Assembly (NCBI GenBank): GCA_015709215.1
Contig: JACCQN010000011.1
Span: 6,106-70,105 of the forward strand
Direction: 5' to 3'
Origin: Bacteroidales bacterium
GTDB lineage: Bacteria; Bacteroidota; Bacteroidia; Bacteroidales; F082
Length of the DNA stretch: 64,000 nt
In this document: positions 39,016 to 50,461 of the stretch, in pieces
Layout: each line of letters begins with the position of its first letter
How positions within the stretch are numbered: the first letter of the stretch is position 1
Program-made: the position numbers and the translations under genes
Notes under the pieces: generated by a model
Told to the model about the DNA's origin: nothing
What the model saw: the letters and a program-made list of their open reading frames with translations, nothing else
Databases searched by the model: none

Positions 39016-40881
39016 TCACAAAGGCTCAACAAGTCCGAGTATAAACGGATGCCGATTGCGAAAGTAATGGTAAGCCTGATGTACTTCAAACTCCTCACCA
39101 GCTCTATTCCAAACGTAAGTGCGAATGTGCCAGCTTTGGGGATCGCGCTTAAACGCTGAAAACCTCAAAGCTGAAACCCATATACTCGCCGTGTCCGAAA
39201 GCCAGGCATGCTGAATAGTACCGGCCTGCCAATGCACAAGACTATCGGTTTGGCGATCGCGCAATTCAATTACTAAACGGATATCCAAAGGCCTTTTTTG
39301 GTGCTTTAGTTTTAAAGCAACTCCAAAAACCTGTGAATCATCCTTTACAAACAGTGAATCCGGTTCCCAGACATGCCCATAACTTTTTTGTGAATCGAAA
39401 AATAATGGTGGATTAAGCTGCACTTTGATCAGATTGTTTGATTTTGAGTGCTTTGCTTTTTTGTCGGCGAGTCTCCAATAGGCATTGAACCAGGCATTTT
39501 CTTCCAATAAATAGGGATAATGAACTGCTGACATCAGCTCCCATTCCGCAGGGGCGTAATCAGTCCAGCCAAAACCCAATAGCTCTTTTTTCTGATTAAC
39601 CAACCAATCACCAAACTCCTGAATACTTTGATGTTTCGAAAAGCTTTCGACCCGATCAAGACCTGATTTTTCCTGATAAAAAACTGCCATAGCCGGAGTA
39701 GCACTGTAAGAGGCCAAAGTAATCTCACCGGGATATGCTTCGGCCGCATTATCCATCGTAACAGCCAGCTGATCAAACCCCTGATGCTGCATTAGCTTGA
39801 AATGCTGTCGTTCGAAAATCAAAGAAGCCAGCGAAGCAATAAGTAATATACCTACCAACAGTCCGTATTGCCACCGCTTGTAGCTATGCTGGTTTACAAA
39901 TGAAAAAATAAGGATGACCAAAAAAGGAAAAGCAAAATAAAGGGTGCTAAATTGTAGAATGGGTGTTCGCCAAACCGAATAAGCCCATGCCACTGCCAAA
40001 GGAATTACAAACCAGCCAAGCGCAATCCAGCGGGCTATCCAGTTTTTGATCTTTAGGCTTGGCACTACCATCAATGAAATAATAATAATCCCGAAGACCA
40101 TCAATAAAAGATACCAGGAATAATTCAGGCTGTAAAAAATAAAATGCAATACAAAGTCCGAATCAGGTGCGCCAAGCCATCCCCCTATCCCACCAGCTTT
40201 GAGCTGATGCCAAAAAACAGGCAAATGAGGCAGATACAGCGAAACGGCAAGCGCTATTGCCATCCACAGGGCTTTTCGATTTTGTGCGGGCACTCTTAAA
40301 ACCAAAGTGGCAACAATCAAAGCAGCTTGTGCCAAACTGAAAGCATGCATAAGCGAAGCCAGCACAGCTGTGAGACCAAAGAAAATTATATGCTTTGTTC
40401 CGACCTTTTCTTTAATCCAGATAAAACATTGCATAGAGAGCAACAAAACAAAAAATTGTCCGGCGGCATAAGGTCGTGCAAGTTGACTATAGAAAAGCGG
40501 ATACTGTGTTGCTGCAAAAAATGATGCACTCAATAAAGCTGAAATTTCACTAAACCATTGCTTTGCAATAATATAAACAAGCCAAACTGAACCAATACCC
40601 ATCAGCACAAACGGCAGTTTGATCCAGAACTCATTATAACCAACAAGTTTCACCCAGTAGTATAAAAACACTTGAACACCAGCCGGATGTGAATCATTTT
40701 CCATTACTCCCAACTGAACAAGGTCTTTAAAACTGTCGTATCGGGTGCGAAATAAAGCGCTGAATTCATCGTGCATGAAAGGAACCCGTTCAAGATGCCA
40801 AAAACGAGTTAATGCAGCCACAATTAATATCAATACAAGTGGCCAATTATTGCGTAAAACCTGTGATGTCGGAATCCTCAA
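39016..40881 (-). CDS. GT-C fold glycosyltransferase, family 39/83-like (ArnT/PMT-like) with a C-terminal soluble domain of about 270 aa
   Basis: 621 aa, LTRFWHLERVPFMHDEFSALF (DE motif in the first loop), about 10 TM helices, then a non-membrane C-terminal half. Confidence 0.65.
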   Translation of the reverse strand: MRIPTSQVLRNNWPLVLILIVAALTRFWHLERVPFMHDEFSALFRTRYDSFKDLVQLGVMENDSHPAGVQVFLYYWVKLVGYNEFWIKLPFVLMGIGSVWLVYIIAKQWFSEISALLSASFFAATQYPLFYSQLARPYAAGQFFVLLLSMQCFIWIKEKVGTKHIIFFGLTAVLASLMHAFSLAQAALIVATLVLRVPAQNRKALWMAIALAVSLYLPHLPVFWHQLKAGGIGGWLGAPDSDFVLHFIFYSLNYSWYLLLMVFGIIIISLMVVPSLKIKNWIARWIALGWFVIPLAVAWAYSVWRTPILQFSTLYFAFPFLVILIFSFVNQHSYKRWQYGLLVGILLIASLASLIFERQHFKLMQHQGFDQLAVTMDNAAEAYPGEITLASYSATPAMAVFYQEKSGLDRVESFSKHQSIQEFGDWLVNQKKELLGFGWTDYAPAEWELMSAVHYPYLLEENAWFNAYWRLADKKAKHSKSNNLIKVQLNPPLFFDSQKSYGHVWEPDSLFVKDDSQVFGVALKLKHQKRPLDIRLVIELRDRQTDSLVHWQAGTIQHAWLSDTASIWVSALRFSAFKRDPQSWHIRTYVWNRAGEEFEVHQAYHYFRNRHPFILGLVEPL

Positions 40882-40882
40882 T

Positions 40883-41590
40883 TTAAGAAGAGACTATGGT
40901 ACCAATCGGTTCGCCATTCAACACTGCCAGCAAATTTCCCGATTTATTCATATCGAAAACCAAAATCGGAAGTTTATTTTCGCTGCATAAAGTAAAAGCC
41001 GTAAGGTCCATCACTTTCAATTGCTTGCTGTATGCTTCTTCAAAGGTAATGTGATCGTATTTAACTGCCGAAGGATTCTTTTCGGGGTCGGCAGTATAAA
41101 TACCATCAACACGTGTTCCCTTTAGCAATACCTCAGCCTGAATCTCCACGCCACGAAGAGCAGCTGCCGTATCAGTTGTAAAGAAAGGATTTCCTGTTCC
41201 CCCGCTGATAATCACCACATGACCGCTTTCGAGTAAATCGATTGCTTTGGAGGCACTCATCGAGTCAGCAATACGGTCGATCTGAATACCCGAAAGCAAA
41301 GCAGCTTTCAGTCCTTTACTTTTGAGGCTAGACTGAAGTGCCATACTATTGATCACAGTAGCCAACATTCCCATATAATCTCCCTGCACCCGATCCATTC
41401 CCTGACTGGCTCCCTGCAGTCCTCTGAAAATATTTCCACCACCAATCACAATGGCGATCTGAACACTTTGACGGGCTGCCTTTTCAATTTCACAGGCATA
41501 CGCATCAAGTCGCTTTGAGTCAATACCAAATTGTTGTTCACCCATCAGGGCTTCTCCACTCAATTTTAAAAGTACTCTTTTATATTTCAT
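40883..41590 (-). CDS. pyrH: UMP kinase
   Basis: 235 aa, YKRVLLKLSGEALMG...VIGGGNIFRG... Confidence 0.96.
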   Translation of the reverse strand: MKYKRVLLKLSGEALMGEQQFGIDSKRLDAYACEIEKAARQSVQIAIVIGGGNIFRGLQGASQGMDRVQGDYMGMLATVINSMALQSSLKSKGLKAALLSGIQIDRIADSMSASKAIDLLESGHVVIISGGTGNPFFTTDTAAALRGVEIQAEVLLKGTRVDGIYTADPEKNPSAVKYDHITFEEAYSKQLKVMDLTAFTLCSENKLPILVFDMNKSGNLLAVLNGEPIGTIVSS

Positions 41591-41599
41591 AAGATTTAT

Positions 41600-43843
41600 T
41601 TAGAACCAATAACCAATATTCAGGAAGCTTAGCATGCCATTATTTTGATTTGAACCCATCAGGCTTAATTCAACAGGACCAATAAAACTATCATAGCCAG
41701 CAGTAATCCCAAATCCTGAAATCAGATTAGGATTGCGCATCATATCCTCAATATCATCTGAAATGAAACCTAAATCCCATTTCAATGTCAGATAAAACCT
41801 GCGGTGTATATTATATTGCCAGGCAAAACTTCCAACCAAATTATACAGGCCGGATTCCTCAATAAAACGCAAACCCGTAAATGGGATAAAACCATCGTAA
41901 TAATTGCTATAAGACTGACCTCCAAGTATAAACCAATGCTGTGGCGGAGGTAAATTATCCTTAATGGTGAAGCCTGCATTAATTATCGAACGGAAAGTAC
42001 TCCGTTTTGAAAGGGGTGAGTTCTGCGCAAACCTCATCTGAAACATCCAGGCATTGGAAAAAAAATCTTCTTCCCAGTTTTGCGCTACCGGAACGATAAA
42101 CTTACCCTTCAAATTGAATTGTATGCCACGCGTTGGGAAACTGGATCTATCGTATGTATCAGCAATCCAGTTAACAAATAGTGTTAAAAAGGAATTATAA
42201 TTATTGCTTGATGTTGGATCGAGATTCGAAATCAATTTAATATATTCAAACTCAAGTCCAGTGCGAAACTGCAGGGTATTTTTGCGACTAAGTTGTGTAA
42301 ATAGCTCAATTTTATTTTGATTTGTACTAAAAACATCCACCACATTGTTTTTATCATACTGATTGAAATCCAGTCCAAAACTCGTAAGACGCAATCCAAA
42401 ACCTGGTTTTTTACCTCTATCGATCAAATAAAAACCTGAAACACGCGGGTTTTCACCTAAATTTAGGTCTACAAAAAGTTTGGAACCTCTGATAAATACA
42501 TTTTTAAAACTTCCATTAAGCAAAAGTGCAACTTTGTAATCCGAATCATAATGAACACCAGCGCCTAAAATGCCGGAACCAGCCTCAACAACCTCTACAA
42601 TAAGCACAACACCTTCTATATCGGGCAGGAAATGATAACTTACGGTTTCAAAAAAACCACTGCCATAAGCCTGCATAATACCCATACTTAAATCCTTAAG
42701 TTTGAGCCATTCACGCGCTTTTATCTGCAAAGCACCTTCCAAAAAATTCAGTGACACTTTATCCAACCCTCGGTATTGTATAGATGACACAAAAACGGAG
42801 TCCAAAGGTCGGCCTATTAAATGGCGTTCCAGTCCAGGGCCTAACTGATCAAGCGAATCTGCCAAACGTTTCAGCCGAGGCAACATTTTGCGGGCTGCAA
42901 TTTCACCAAGGCTAATAATGCTATCGTAATCTTCAAAGCTCATCACATCGAAGTTGCCCAGCTCTGGTTTTATGTAAATATCTGTTTGTTCGATGCCTAG
43001 TTTATTGGCCTCCATGCGATAAAAAGCAGTTACCTGATCAATTATTTTAACCATTGAATTCAGCTGTTCGGGATGATGAAGTCCAGTTTGCACATCAACA
43101 CCAATAATCACATCGGCTCCCATAGCTTTCACGTCTTTCACGGGATAATTGTTTACCACACCTCCATCCACTAATAAACGATCGTTAAATTGCACAGGGG
43201 TAAAATAACTCGGGATGGACATGCTAGCTCTCAAAGCCTTGTGAAATACTCCTTTATCAAGTAAAACAGAAGATCCATCTTCCAGATCCGTTCCAATACA
43301 AATGAAAGGCACGGGAAAATCTTTGAATGAATTGTATTGATAGGATTGACTTGTATAATACGCCAGCAGCGATTCGATCATCTGACCGTTGTAGAGCCCC
43401 TGCCTCATCTGTAATTTACGTTGTTTGATAGGAAAAGTAGCTACAAAACGGTCTGCATTGCTTTTCTCTTCAATAGGAATAAATCTGCGAGGAATTTTAT
43501 CAGCCATCAAGGTGTTCCAGTTCTGCTGTCCCATAATTTTAGCCATCGTATCCGGATGATAATTCAGGGCATATAAGCCACCAATGATACTACCCATGGA
43601 AGTGCCACCGATATAATCGAAATTGAGGCCAGCCTCCTCGAACACCCGAATAGCACCAATATGGGCAAACCCCTTGGCTCCGCCACCACTCAATACCAAA
43701 CCCAATTTAGGTCTTTCATTCCTGGATTCCTGAGCACTTACAATATTTAGAGTGCTAAAAAACAGTAAAAAAAACAACAAGCTCAAAAAGCATTGCCTCA
43801 ATTTGGCCTGCACTATGTCAGAATTTAGGATCAAAGCTCTCAT
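41600..43843 (-). CDS. patatin-like phospholipase fused to an Omp85-type beta-barrel (type Vd autotransporter-like, PlpD/FplA class)
   Basis: 747 aa, LVLSGGGAKGFAHIGA, GGTSMGSIIG (GxSxG), DGG, and a C-terminal barrel ending ...LNIGYWF. The true start may be an internal GTG/TTG (about 43813-43801), which gives a cleaner signal peptide. Confidence 0.85.
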   Translation of the reverse strand: MRALILNSDIVQAKLRQCFLSLLFFLLFFSTLNIVSAQESRNERPKLGLVLSGGGAKGFAHIGAIRVFEEAGLNFDYIGGTSMGSIIGGLYALNYHPDTMAKIMGQQNWNTLMADKIPRRFIPIEEKSNADRFVATFPIKQRKLQMRQGLYNGQMIESLLAYYTSQSYQYNSFKDFPVPFICIGTDLEDGSSVLLDKGVFHKALRASMSIPSYFTPVQFNDRLLVDGGVVNNYPVKDVKAMGADVIIGVDVQTGLHHPEQLNSMVKIIDQVTAFYRMEANKLGIEQTDIYIKPELGNFDVMSFEDYDSIISLGEIAARKMLPRLKRLADSLDQLGPGLERHLIGRPLDSVFVSSIQYRGLDKVSLNFLEGALQIKAREWLKLKDLSMGIMQAYGSGFFETVSYHFLPDIEGVVLIVEVVEAGSGILGAGVHYDSDYKVALLLNGSFKNVFIRGSKLFVDLNLGENPRVSGFYLIDRGKKPGFGLRLTSFGLDFNQYDKNNVVDVFSTNQNKIELFTQLSRKNTLQFRTGLEFEYIKLISNLDPTSSNNYNSFLTLFVNWIADTYDRSSFPTRGIQFNLKGKFIVPVAQNWEEDFFSNAWMFQMRFAQNSPLSKRSTFRSIINAGFTIKDNLPPPQHWFILGGQSYSNYYDGFIPFTGLRFIEESGLYNLVGSFAWQYNIHRRFYLTLKWDLGFISDDIEDMMRNPNLISGFGITAGYDSFIGPVELSLMGSNQNNGMLSFLNIGYWF

Positions 43844-44237
43844 AAGCTATATCAAGCTTTTCGAAACCAACAAAGAAATTATTAAACTCGCTGGTATATA
43901 CATTATTCACAATAATGGTATATTCTTTTGCACCCCGTAAACCTAAAGTATCTGCGTGCGTCACTGGTAAGTTTACAGAATCGTTACTGATAAAAAGACT
44001 TATTCTGCCATCGCCAAGTTTCTCTATTAACCAAACTGCGCTGGTATCAAACTCTACTGTGCTAAAGCGATCACCTACCCAGGATGTGTTAAAAACAATC
44101 ATAAACTTATCCGGAGGATTCACAACTGGTTCAGCATACGAAAACACCGGAATATCTTCGTCTGGTGATGTATCCTTGATGCAAGACGTTAAGTTTATTA
44201 GCAACAATAAGCCAGCAAAAGAAATGACTGATTTCAT
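43818..44237 (-). CDS. small hypothetical lipoprotein
   Basis: The frame is 43818-44270. The internal Met gives MKSVISFAGLLLLINLTSC (lipobox). There is no recognisable domain. Confidence 0.6.
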   Translation of the reverse strand: MKSVISFAGLLLLINLTSCIKDTSPDEDIPVFSYAEPVVNPPDKFMIVFNTSWVGDRFSTVEFDTSAVWLIEKLGDGRISLFISNDSVNLPVTHADTLGLRGAKEYTIIVNNVYTSEFNNFFVGFEKLDIAYESFDPKF

Positions 44238-44295
44238 TTTGTAAAGTATTATATGAACGGCTATCTTCAAAACGCCTTATCACAAAGATACGCAA

Positions 44296-47200
44296 TCACA
44301 CGTTTGCTGTTACTTTACCATGGCAATTTTTATATTTTTTACCACTTCCACATGGGCAAGGTTCGTTGCGTCCAATTTTTTTCTCGGCTATAATTGGTTG
44401 GGTTACTTCCTGTTGTTGCGTTTTGCTGTGCGCCTGCGAAAGCAAGTCGGAGCGTTCCTCTTTCATCCTTGAACGGTCGATTCCGCGAGGCTTTCTGGCC
44501 TCTTTCACACTGTTCGGATCCTGCACCGGAATATCAGCACGCATCAGAAACGAAATCACCTCACGGTTGATCTTTTGAATCATCGTTTTAAACAGCTGGA
44601 ACGACTCAAATTTATAAATCAGGAGTGGATCTTTTTGCTCATACGTGGCATTCTGCACAGATTGTTTAAGGTCGTCTAGTTCTCTAAGGTGTTCCTTCCA
44701 TGAATCATCAATAAGCCCTAGCGTGATACTTTTCTCTATCGAAAGACTTACTTCACGCGGGCCATTTTCAACGGCCTTTTTTAGATTTACAACAACCTGC
44801 ATCCCTCTTGAACCATCGGTGATTGGGATGGCGATATTTTCGTATTGCGACTGTCGCTGATATACATCCTGAATTATAGGCATGGTTTTTTCGCCAATAC
44901 GTTTGTTTTTCTCACGATAACGTGTTGATGCAAGTGCGAAAATTTGTTCTGTAATGTCTTCTGACTTGAGGGCAAAAAACTGTTCTTCATCAATATGCGA
45001 CTCAATGCCAAGCTGAGCGATCAGATTCATCTTGAAATTCTCAAAATCACGGCTATCCTGGTTTTCTGTAACAATCTGCTCAGCAAGGTCATACATCATA
45101 TTGGAGATATCTACCGAAAGGCGTTCACCAAACAGTGCATGTCTCCTTTTCTTATAGATTACCTCACGCTGGGCATTCATTACATCATCATATTCGAGCA
45201 AGCGCTTACGGATTCCGAAGTTATTTTCTTCAACCTTTCGTTGCGCCCTTTCGATGGATTTGGTAATCATGGAATGCTGAATCACTTCACCCTCTTTAAG
45301 CCCAAGCCTGTCCATCAGCCCTGCAATCCTTCCTGAGCCAAACATGCGCATTAAATCATCTTCGAGCGACACAAAAAACTGTGAGCTGCCAGGGTCGCCC
45401 TGCCTGCCGGCACGACCCCGAAGCTGCCTGTCAACCCTCCTCGACTCATGACGTTCTGTACCAATAATAGCCAGACCACCAGCTTCTTTTACGCCTGGGC
45501 CAAGTTTGATATCCGTACCACGACCTGCCATATTGGTAGCAATGGTAACAGTTCCGGCCTGTCCGGCTTCTTTTACTATTTGCGCTTCCCTGGCGTGAAG
45601 TTTAGCGTTAAGCACATTATGGGCGATGCCTTTTCGCTGCAACATTCGGGCTAAAAGCTCGGAGGTTTCCACCGATGTCGTACCAACCAGCGCAGGTCTT
45701 CTCGCATTTACAAGCGATTCTATTTCATCGATTACCGCATTAAACTTCTCACGTTTGGTTTTGTAAACCAAATCCTGACGATCGTCGCGGGAAATGGGTT
45801 TATTGGTTGGAATCACAACCACATCAAGCTTGTAAATATCCCAAAACTCTCCTGCTTCGGTTTCGGCTGTACCCGTCATACCCGCCAGCTTGTTGTACAT
45901 CCTGAAATAATTCTGCAGGGTGATGGTGGCATAAGTTTGGGTAGCCGCTTCAATTTTCACATTTTCCTTGGCTTCAATTGCCTGATGTAATCCGTCCGAA
46001 TAGCGCCTGCCCTCCATGATACGGCCAGTTTGTTCATCAACAATCTTCACCTTGTTGTCTATGATTACATACTCTACATCTTTCTCAAAAAGCGTATAGG
46101 CCTTCAAAAGCTGATGAACGGTATGCAGACGTTCTGATTTGATGGTGAAATTTCGGATCATCTCACTTTTGCGTTCCAAAAGCTCTTCTTCCTTAAGATT
46201 TTGCTTTTCCAAATCAGCAATGGCTGAACCGATATCCGGGAGGATAAAAAAGTCAGGATCATTGTATGAAGCAGTCAAAAGGTCGATTCCCTTTTCGGTT
46301 AAATCTACTGAGTTATTCTTCTCATCAATTACAAAAAACAACTCATCATCAATCAGATGCATGTTTTTAGCTTGCTCCTGCAAATAAAAACTTTCCGTTT
46401 TATGCATCAGAGAGCGCATGCCTTCTTCGCTTAGGAACTTAATAAGCGCGTGGTTTTTGGGCAAGCCACGGTAAGCCCTGAAAAGCAGGTCGCCGCCTTT
46501 TTTGGTATCAGCGTCTTTTCCACCTGCCTGCAGGATTTTTTTTGCTTCGGCCAGTATGCTGCTCACTAATGATTTTTGGGCATTAAAAAGTTTCACAACA
46601 TCAGGCTTGAGTGCATCAAACTCCTGATGATCGCCTCGCGGAGTAGGACCACTGATGATCAAAGGAGTACGGGCATCATCAATCAAAACCGAATCCACTT
46701 CATCCACAATAGTGTAGTGGTGTTTACGCTGCACAAGCTCATCCGGATTACCTGTCATATTGTCGCGCAGGTAATCAAAACCAAATTCATTATTGGTGCC
46801 ATAGGTAATATCAGCCAGATAGGCTTTGCGGCGGGCTGCTGAATTTGGTTCATGTTTGTCGATGCAATCTACTGTAAGTCCAAGGAATTCATAAAGTGCT
46901 CCCATCCACTCCGAGTCACGTTTGGCAAGGTAGTCATTCACCGTAACCAGATGCACTCCTTTTCCTGCCAGTGCATTTAGGTAAATAGGTAAGGTTGCAA
47001 CAAGGGTTTTACCTTCACCCGTAGCCATCTCAGCAATTTTTCCCTGATGAAGTACGATACCTCCAATCAGTTGAACATCATAGTGTACCATATCCCAGGT
47101 GATGGTGTTACCACCTGCAACCCAGCTGTTTCGATACAAGGCTTTATCACCTTTAATTTCGATATGAGCATACTTTGCCGCCAGCTCACGATCCATTTCG

Positions 47201-47598
47201 TTAGCCGTAACTTCAACAATTTCGTTTTCTTTAAACCTGCGGGCTGTCTCTTTCATCACCGAGAAAGCCTCGGGAAGTATCTCTGTGAGAAGCGCTTCAG
47301 TTTTCTCATACTGTTGCTTTTCGAGTTTATCGATCTGTTCGTAAATTTTTTCCTTGTCCATTGATTCCATTTCAAAGCTGGTTTCAATTTGTTGCTTCAA
47401 GGATTCAATTTCCTGAATTTCGGGTGCAATGGAATCTTTTATTTTTTGTTTAAACTCGTTCGTCTTGGCACGTAAACTATCGTTATCAAGTTGCTTAATA
47501 ATTTCATAGGCAGCTAATGTCTTATCAAGCAAGGGTTTGACGGCTTTCAAATCGCGTGTAGCTTTATCGCCGAGCATTTTTTTTATTAAACCAAGCAT
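44296..47598 (-). CDS. secA: preprotein translocase ATPase SecA
   Basis: 1100 aa, ...[14 protein letters not shown]..., and a C-terminal zinc motif [14 protein letters not shown]. Confidence 0.98.
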   Translation of the reverse strand: MLGLIKKMLGDKATRDLKAVKPLLDKTLAAYEIIKQLDNDSLRAKTNEFKQKIKDSIAPEIQEIESLKQQIETSFEMESMDKEKIYEQIDKLEKQQYEKTEALLTEILPEAFSVMKETARRFKENEIVEVTANEMDRELAAKYAHIEIKGDKALYRNSWVAGGNTITWDMVHYDVQLIGGIVLHQGKIAEMATGEGKTLVATLPIYLNALAGKGVHLVTVNDYLAKRDSEWMGALYEFLGLTVDCIDKHEPNSAARRKAYLADITYGTNNEFGFDYLRDNMTGNPDELVQRKHHYTIVDEVDSVLIDDARTPLIISGPTPRGDHQEFDALKPDVVKLFNAQKSLVSSILAEAKKILQAGGKDADTKKGGDLLFRAYRGLPKNHALIKFLSEEGMRSLMHKTESFYLQEQAKNMHLIDDELFFVIDEKNNSVDLTEKGIDLLTASYNDPDFFILPDIGSAIADLEKQNLKEEELLERKSEMIRNFTIKSERLHTVHQLLKAYTLFEKDVEYVIIDNKVKIVDEQTGRIMEGRRYSDGLHQAIEAKENVKIEAATQTYATITLQNYFRMYNKLAGMTGTAETEAGEFWDIYKLDVVVIPTNKPISRDDRQDLVYKTKREKFNAVIDEIESLVNARRPALVGTTSVETSELLARMLQRKGIAHNVLNAKLHAREAQIVKEAGQAGTVTIATNMAGRGTDIKLGPGVKEAGGLAIIGTERHESRRVDRQLRGRAGRQGDPGSSQFFVSLEDDLMRMFGSGRIAGLMDRLGLKEGEVIQHSMITKSIERAQRKVEENNFGIRKRLLEYDDVMNAQREVIYKKRRHALFGERLSVDISNMMYDLAEQIVTENQDSRDFENFKMNLIAQLGIESHIDEEQFFALKSEDITEQIFALASTRYREKNKRIGEKTMPIIQDVYQRQSQYENIAIPITDGSRGMQVVVNLKKAVENGPREVSLSIEKSITLGLIDDSWKEHLRELDDLKQSVQNATYEQKDPLLIYKFESFQLFKTMIQKINREVISFLMRADIPVQDPNSVKEARKPRGIDRSRMKEERSDLLSQAHSKTQQQEVTQPIIAEKKIGRNEPCPCGSGKKYKNCHGKVTANV

Positions 47599-47678
47599 AG
47601 GATTATTGGATTGTATCTAATTTGCAAATATTTTTACCAGCAACAATCATTCCATTGCGCTGGCAAATCATCAGAGGG

Positions 47679-47686
47679 CAAAGTTA
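47679..47686 (-). promoter_or_regulatory. -7 box TAACTTTG for secA
   Basis: The minus strand reads TAACTTTGCCCTCTGATG about 80 nt upstream of the secA ATG. Confidence 0.4.
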
Positions 47687-47788
47687 ACGGGTTTAATTTA
47701 AATAGGTGAAAATGATACCTAATTTATTAGCCCCGGAAAACTTTATTATTTGGATTTCAGCTTAAACGTTTGGCTAAATGTCCTCAAA

Positions 47789-49174
47789 TCATTTATTGAT
47801 TAGCCGATTAAGGTGGTATTTTAGCGGAATTTCTTCGGAAGGTAATGGTGCCATGCCGATATTTCCTTCGGCGGTGATGAAAACCAGCTCCGGAAAAGTT
47901 CGGATATTATAGGATTCGAGCAGTAGGATATCAGTTGGGTTAATCTTTAAAACTTCCCATTCATAGCCCATATCTTTCAGGTATTTAGTGTAATAAGCTT
48001 TTCGCTCAAAAGCCATTACAACAATTTGAAACTTATTGTCGAACGCTTGTTGGATATCTTCCAAATTTTGAAATAACATCTCACAAACCGAACATGATTC
48101 ATTAACAAAAACCAGCATCATAGCTGTTCCTGCAAAATCAGATAATTGCTTTTTTTCATGGGCAGCATTTTCCAGAGTAAAATCAGGTGCTGCTGTTCCT
48201 GCCGCTAAAAAGTCGAATTCCAACAAAACATGATTAGCAATTTGCCGCAGTGGTTTCGAAGCCGCCTCACTTGAAAGAACAGTTAAATAATCCTTCACAG
48301 CCATCCGGTCAAAACGGGCATTGTTATAGAAATCTTTAAGAGATAGCATGATGATGAGGTCGGCCAATTCAGAATTATCTTTTAAAAGGCTGTCGCTACG
48401 CAAAATATTTCGCCAGTTATGATAATCTCCAATACGCATCGAAACCAACTCGGATGTATTGATAGAACGGTTATGCAGTAGATAATCCCTAAACAACTCC
48501 TTGAAAAGGCTCATGTATGGCTCCAGTTGATACCGAATTGGTTGATGCTGAAAATAATCAGCGATGATTTGTCTGCCTCCGTTTCTTTTCACAGCCATCT
48601 CCAATGCAGCCAATTTATAGCGGGCATATTCCTTTACATATTCCTCATTACTTGATGATAAAGATTTTATGACTTGCTGTTCCAGGGTGTCAAGCAGATG
48701 AAAACGTCGCAACTGATACAATTCCTTAAAATGATCGATTGCGAAGTTATTCACCAGTCTGTCAATATTTTCCAGATGTATTTGCAAGCCATTATCATCA
48801 GCCTCATTGATCAATAATGCCGGTGGTGTTTTATCGAAATAAGACAAATTAACTTGTTCCGTTTCCAACCGAATTGTAAAATCATATTTTGCACCGGGTT
48901 TCAAAACCAACATAACACGCTCCAAATCAACAGCTATTTCATACACGCCAATCCGCGAAATATTTGTCTGCAATTGAAAAGCTCCCTTTTCATCTGCATA
49001 GGTTTGGGCTTTTGTTTCAGCATGCATATTGAGCAAATCGGCATAGGCAATCAAACGAATCAAAGCTCCAGGCCGGTTACAGCTTCCTGTAATTTCAACC
49101 GTTTGAGCGTTAAGAAGCAACAATTGAAAGGAAAAAACCAAAAAGATAATCAGTCGAAAAACTTTTTGCATCAT
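47789..49174 (-). CDS. TlpA/redoxin-family thiol-disulfide oxidoreductase with a long N-terminal domain
   Basis: The frame runs to 49198. The start is placed at MMQKVFRLIIFLVFSFQLLLLNAQ (signal peptide). The C-terminal thioredoxin fold has APDFTL...VFVNESCSVCEM (CxxC). Confidence 0.8.
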   Translation of the reverse strand: MMQKVFRLIIFLVFSFQLLLLNAQTVEITGSCNRPGALIRLIAYADLLNMHAETKAQTYADEKGAFQLQTNISRIGVYEIAVDLERVMLVLKPGAKYDFTIRLETEQVNLSYFDKTPPALLINEADDNGLQIHLENIDRLVNNFAIDHFKELYQLRRFHLLDTLEQQVIKSLSSSNEEYVKEYARYKLAALEMAVKRNGGRQIIADYFQHQPIRYQLEPYMSLFKELFRDYLLHNRSINTSELVSMRIGDYHNWRNILRSDSLLKDNSELADLIIMLSLKDFYNNARFDRMAVKDYLTVLSSEAASKPLRQIANHVLLEFDFLAAGTAAPDFTLENAAHEKKQLSDFAGTAMMLVFVNESCSVCEMLFQNLEDIQQAFDNKFQIVVMAFERKAYYTKYLKDMGYEWEVLKINPTDILLLESYNIRTFPELVFITAEGNIGMAPLPSEEIPLKYHLNRLINK

Positions 49175-49199
49175 GTCACAAGAAACGCATTGACTCAAA

Positions 49200-49664
49200 C
49201 TATATTGTCAGATCAACACCTTTGGGAACAAATTGTGAGGCATCTCCATTATTACGTACAACATCACGTATCACACTGGAAGTGACGGCAGTAAGCTCAG
49301 GAGTAGTGAGTAAAAAAACTGTTTCAATCTCAGGATACAATTTTTTGTTTACCTGACCGACACTACGTTCAAATTCAAAATCGGCAGAAGTGCGTAATCC
49401 CCTCAAAATATACTGTGCATTCACTTTTCGACAGTAGTCCACAGTTAGCCCTTTGTAGGTAGTAATCTTTATTTTTGGATAATCCTTAAACACTTTTTCA
49501 ATCCAGGATCGCCGCTTTTCCAAAGGGAAAAAATAAGTTTTCAAGGTATTGATCCCAATGGCAATGATGATCTCATCAAATAAGGGCAAAGCCCTTAGCA
49601 CCAGCGACTCATGACCGAGTGTGATGGGATCAAAAGATCCGGGAAAAACCGCAATTTTCTTCAT
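49200..49664 (-). CDS. coaD: pantetheine-phosphate adenylyltransferase
   Basis: 154 aa, MKKIAVFPGSFDPITLGHESLV... Confidence 0.96.
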   Translation of the reverse strand: MKKIAVFPGSFDPITLGHESLVLRALPLFDEIIIAIGINTLKTYFFPLEKRRSWIEKVFKDYPKIKITTYKGLTVDYCRKVNAQYILRGLRTSADFEFERSVGQVNKKLYPEIETVFLLTTPELTAVTSSVIRDVVRNNGDASQFVPKGVDLTI

Positions 49665-49719
49665 AATCGAGAACTTTTTAAAAGGCTAAACTACAATAAA
49701 ATTACTTTTCCGTTTGCGA

Positions 49720-50343
49720 TTATTTAAAATCAGCTAACAGCTTTGACATTTGTGCGCCCAAAGTTTCCCTGATGGAGCGATAAGTGGATGCTAAAAAACT
49801 ATCCAGCTGATGAGCATAAAGCTTTTTAACGGTAGAAATTCCTTCCACACTTTGAGGAACAGGTTTGAATTCCCCTTCCAAAAGCATACTATACCAGCTG
49901 GTTTGTTTTAAAACCCAGTGGTCATTCCACCAATAACAATGACAACTCTCTCCAACTTTATCTTTCAGCTTAATCGGCTGCAATCCAGTCTCTTCAATAA
50001 CTTCCCGAACAGCAGCATCCTCAACACTTTCATCATGTTCCAGATGTCCTTTGGGTAAATCAGGGATGCCATTGCGCTCAATAATTATGAATGTGTTTTC
50101 ATGCAAAAGTATTCCGCCAGCAGCTTGTTTAAACCGAAAAATTTTTGTCAGGAAATCCATCGGTTCCATACCAGATAATGGGATAAACAAATTATCAGGT
50201 TCGTTCGGATCGCTCAGCCATTGCTTGATTTGAGCAATTTTTACATCCAAATCAGTTTGTATTATATTGGATGCTTTATCCTTAGATGTACTTTCATTTT
50301 GCAGCATATGCAGACATCTGTTTTCGTGAAAAACTTTATACAT
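49720..50343 (-). CDS. NUDIX hydrolase with an N-terminal extension of about 90 aa
   Basis: The frame runs to 50388 (TTG). The ATG at 50343 gives MYKVFHENR.... Nudix box: GHLEHDESVEDAAVREVIEETGL. Confidence 0.85.
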   Translation of the reverse strand: MYKVFHENRCLHMLQNESTSKDKASNIIQTDLDVKIAQIKQWLSDPNEPDNLFIPLSGMEPMDFLTKIFRFKQAAGGILLHENTFIIIERNGIPDLPKGHLEHDESVEDAAVREVIEETGLQPIKLKDKVGESCHCYWWNDHWVLKQTSWYSMLLEGEFKPVPQSVEGISTVKKLYAHQLDSFLASTYRSIRETLGAQMSKLLADFK

Positions 50344-50461
50344 TTGCAAAAGTGATTTTGTGACACACAATAATCCTACAGCCCCCAAAGTTAGCCTATA
50401 AAACTTAATTACTAAAGAGTAAAACGAATTCGATCAGGTATTCAAAAAAAAATCCGTTTTT

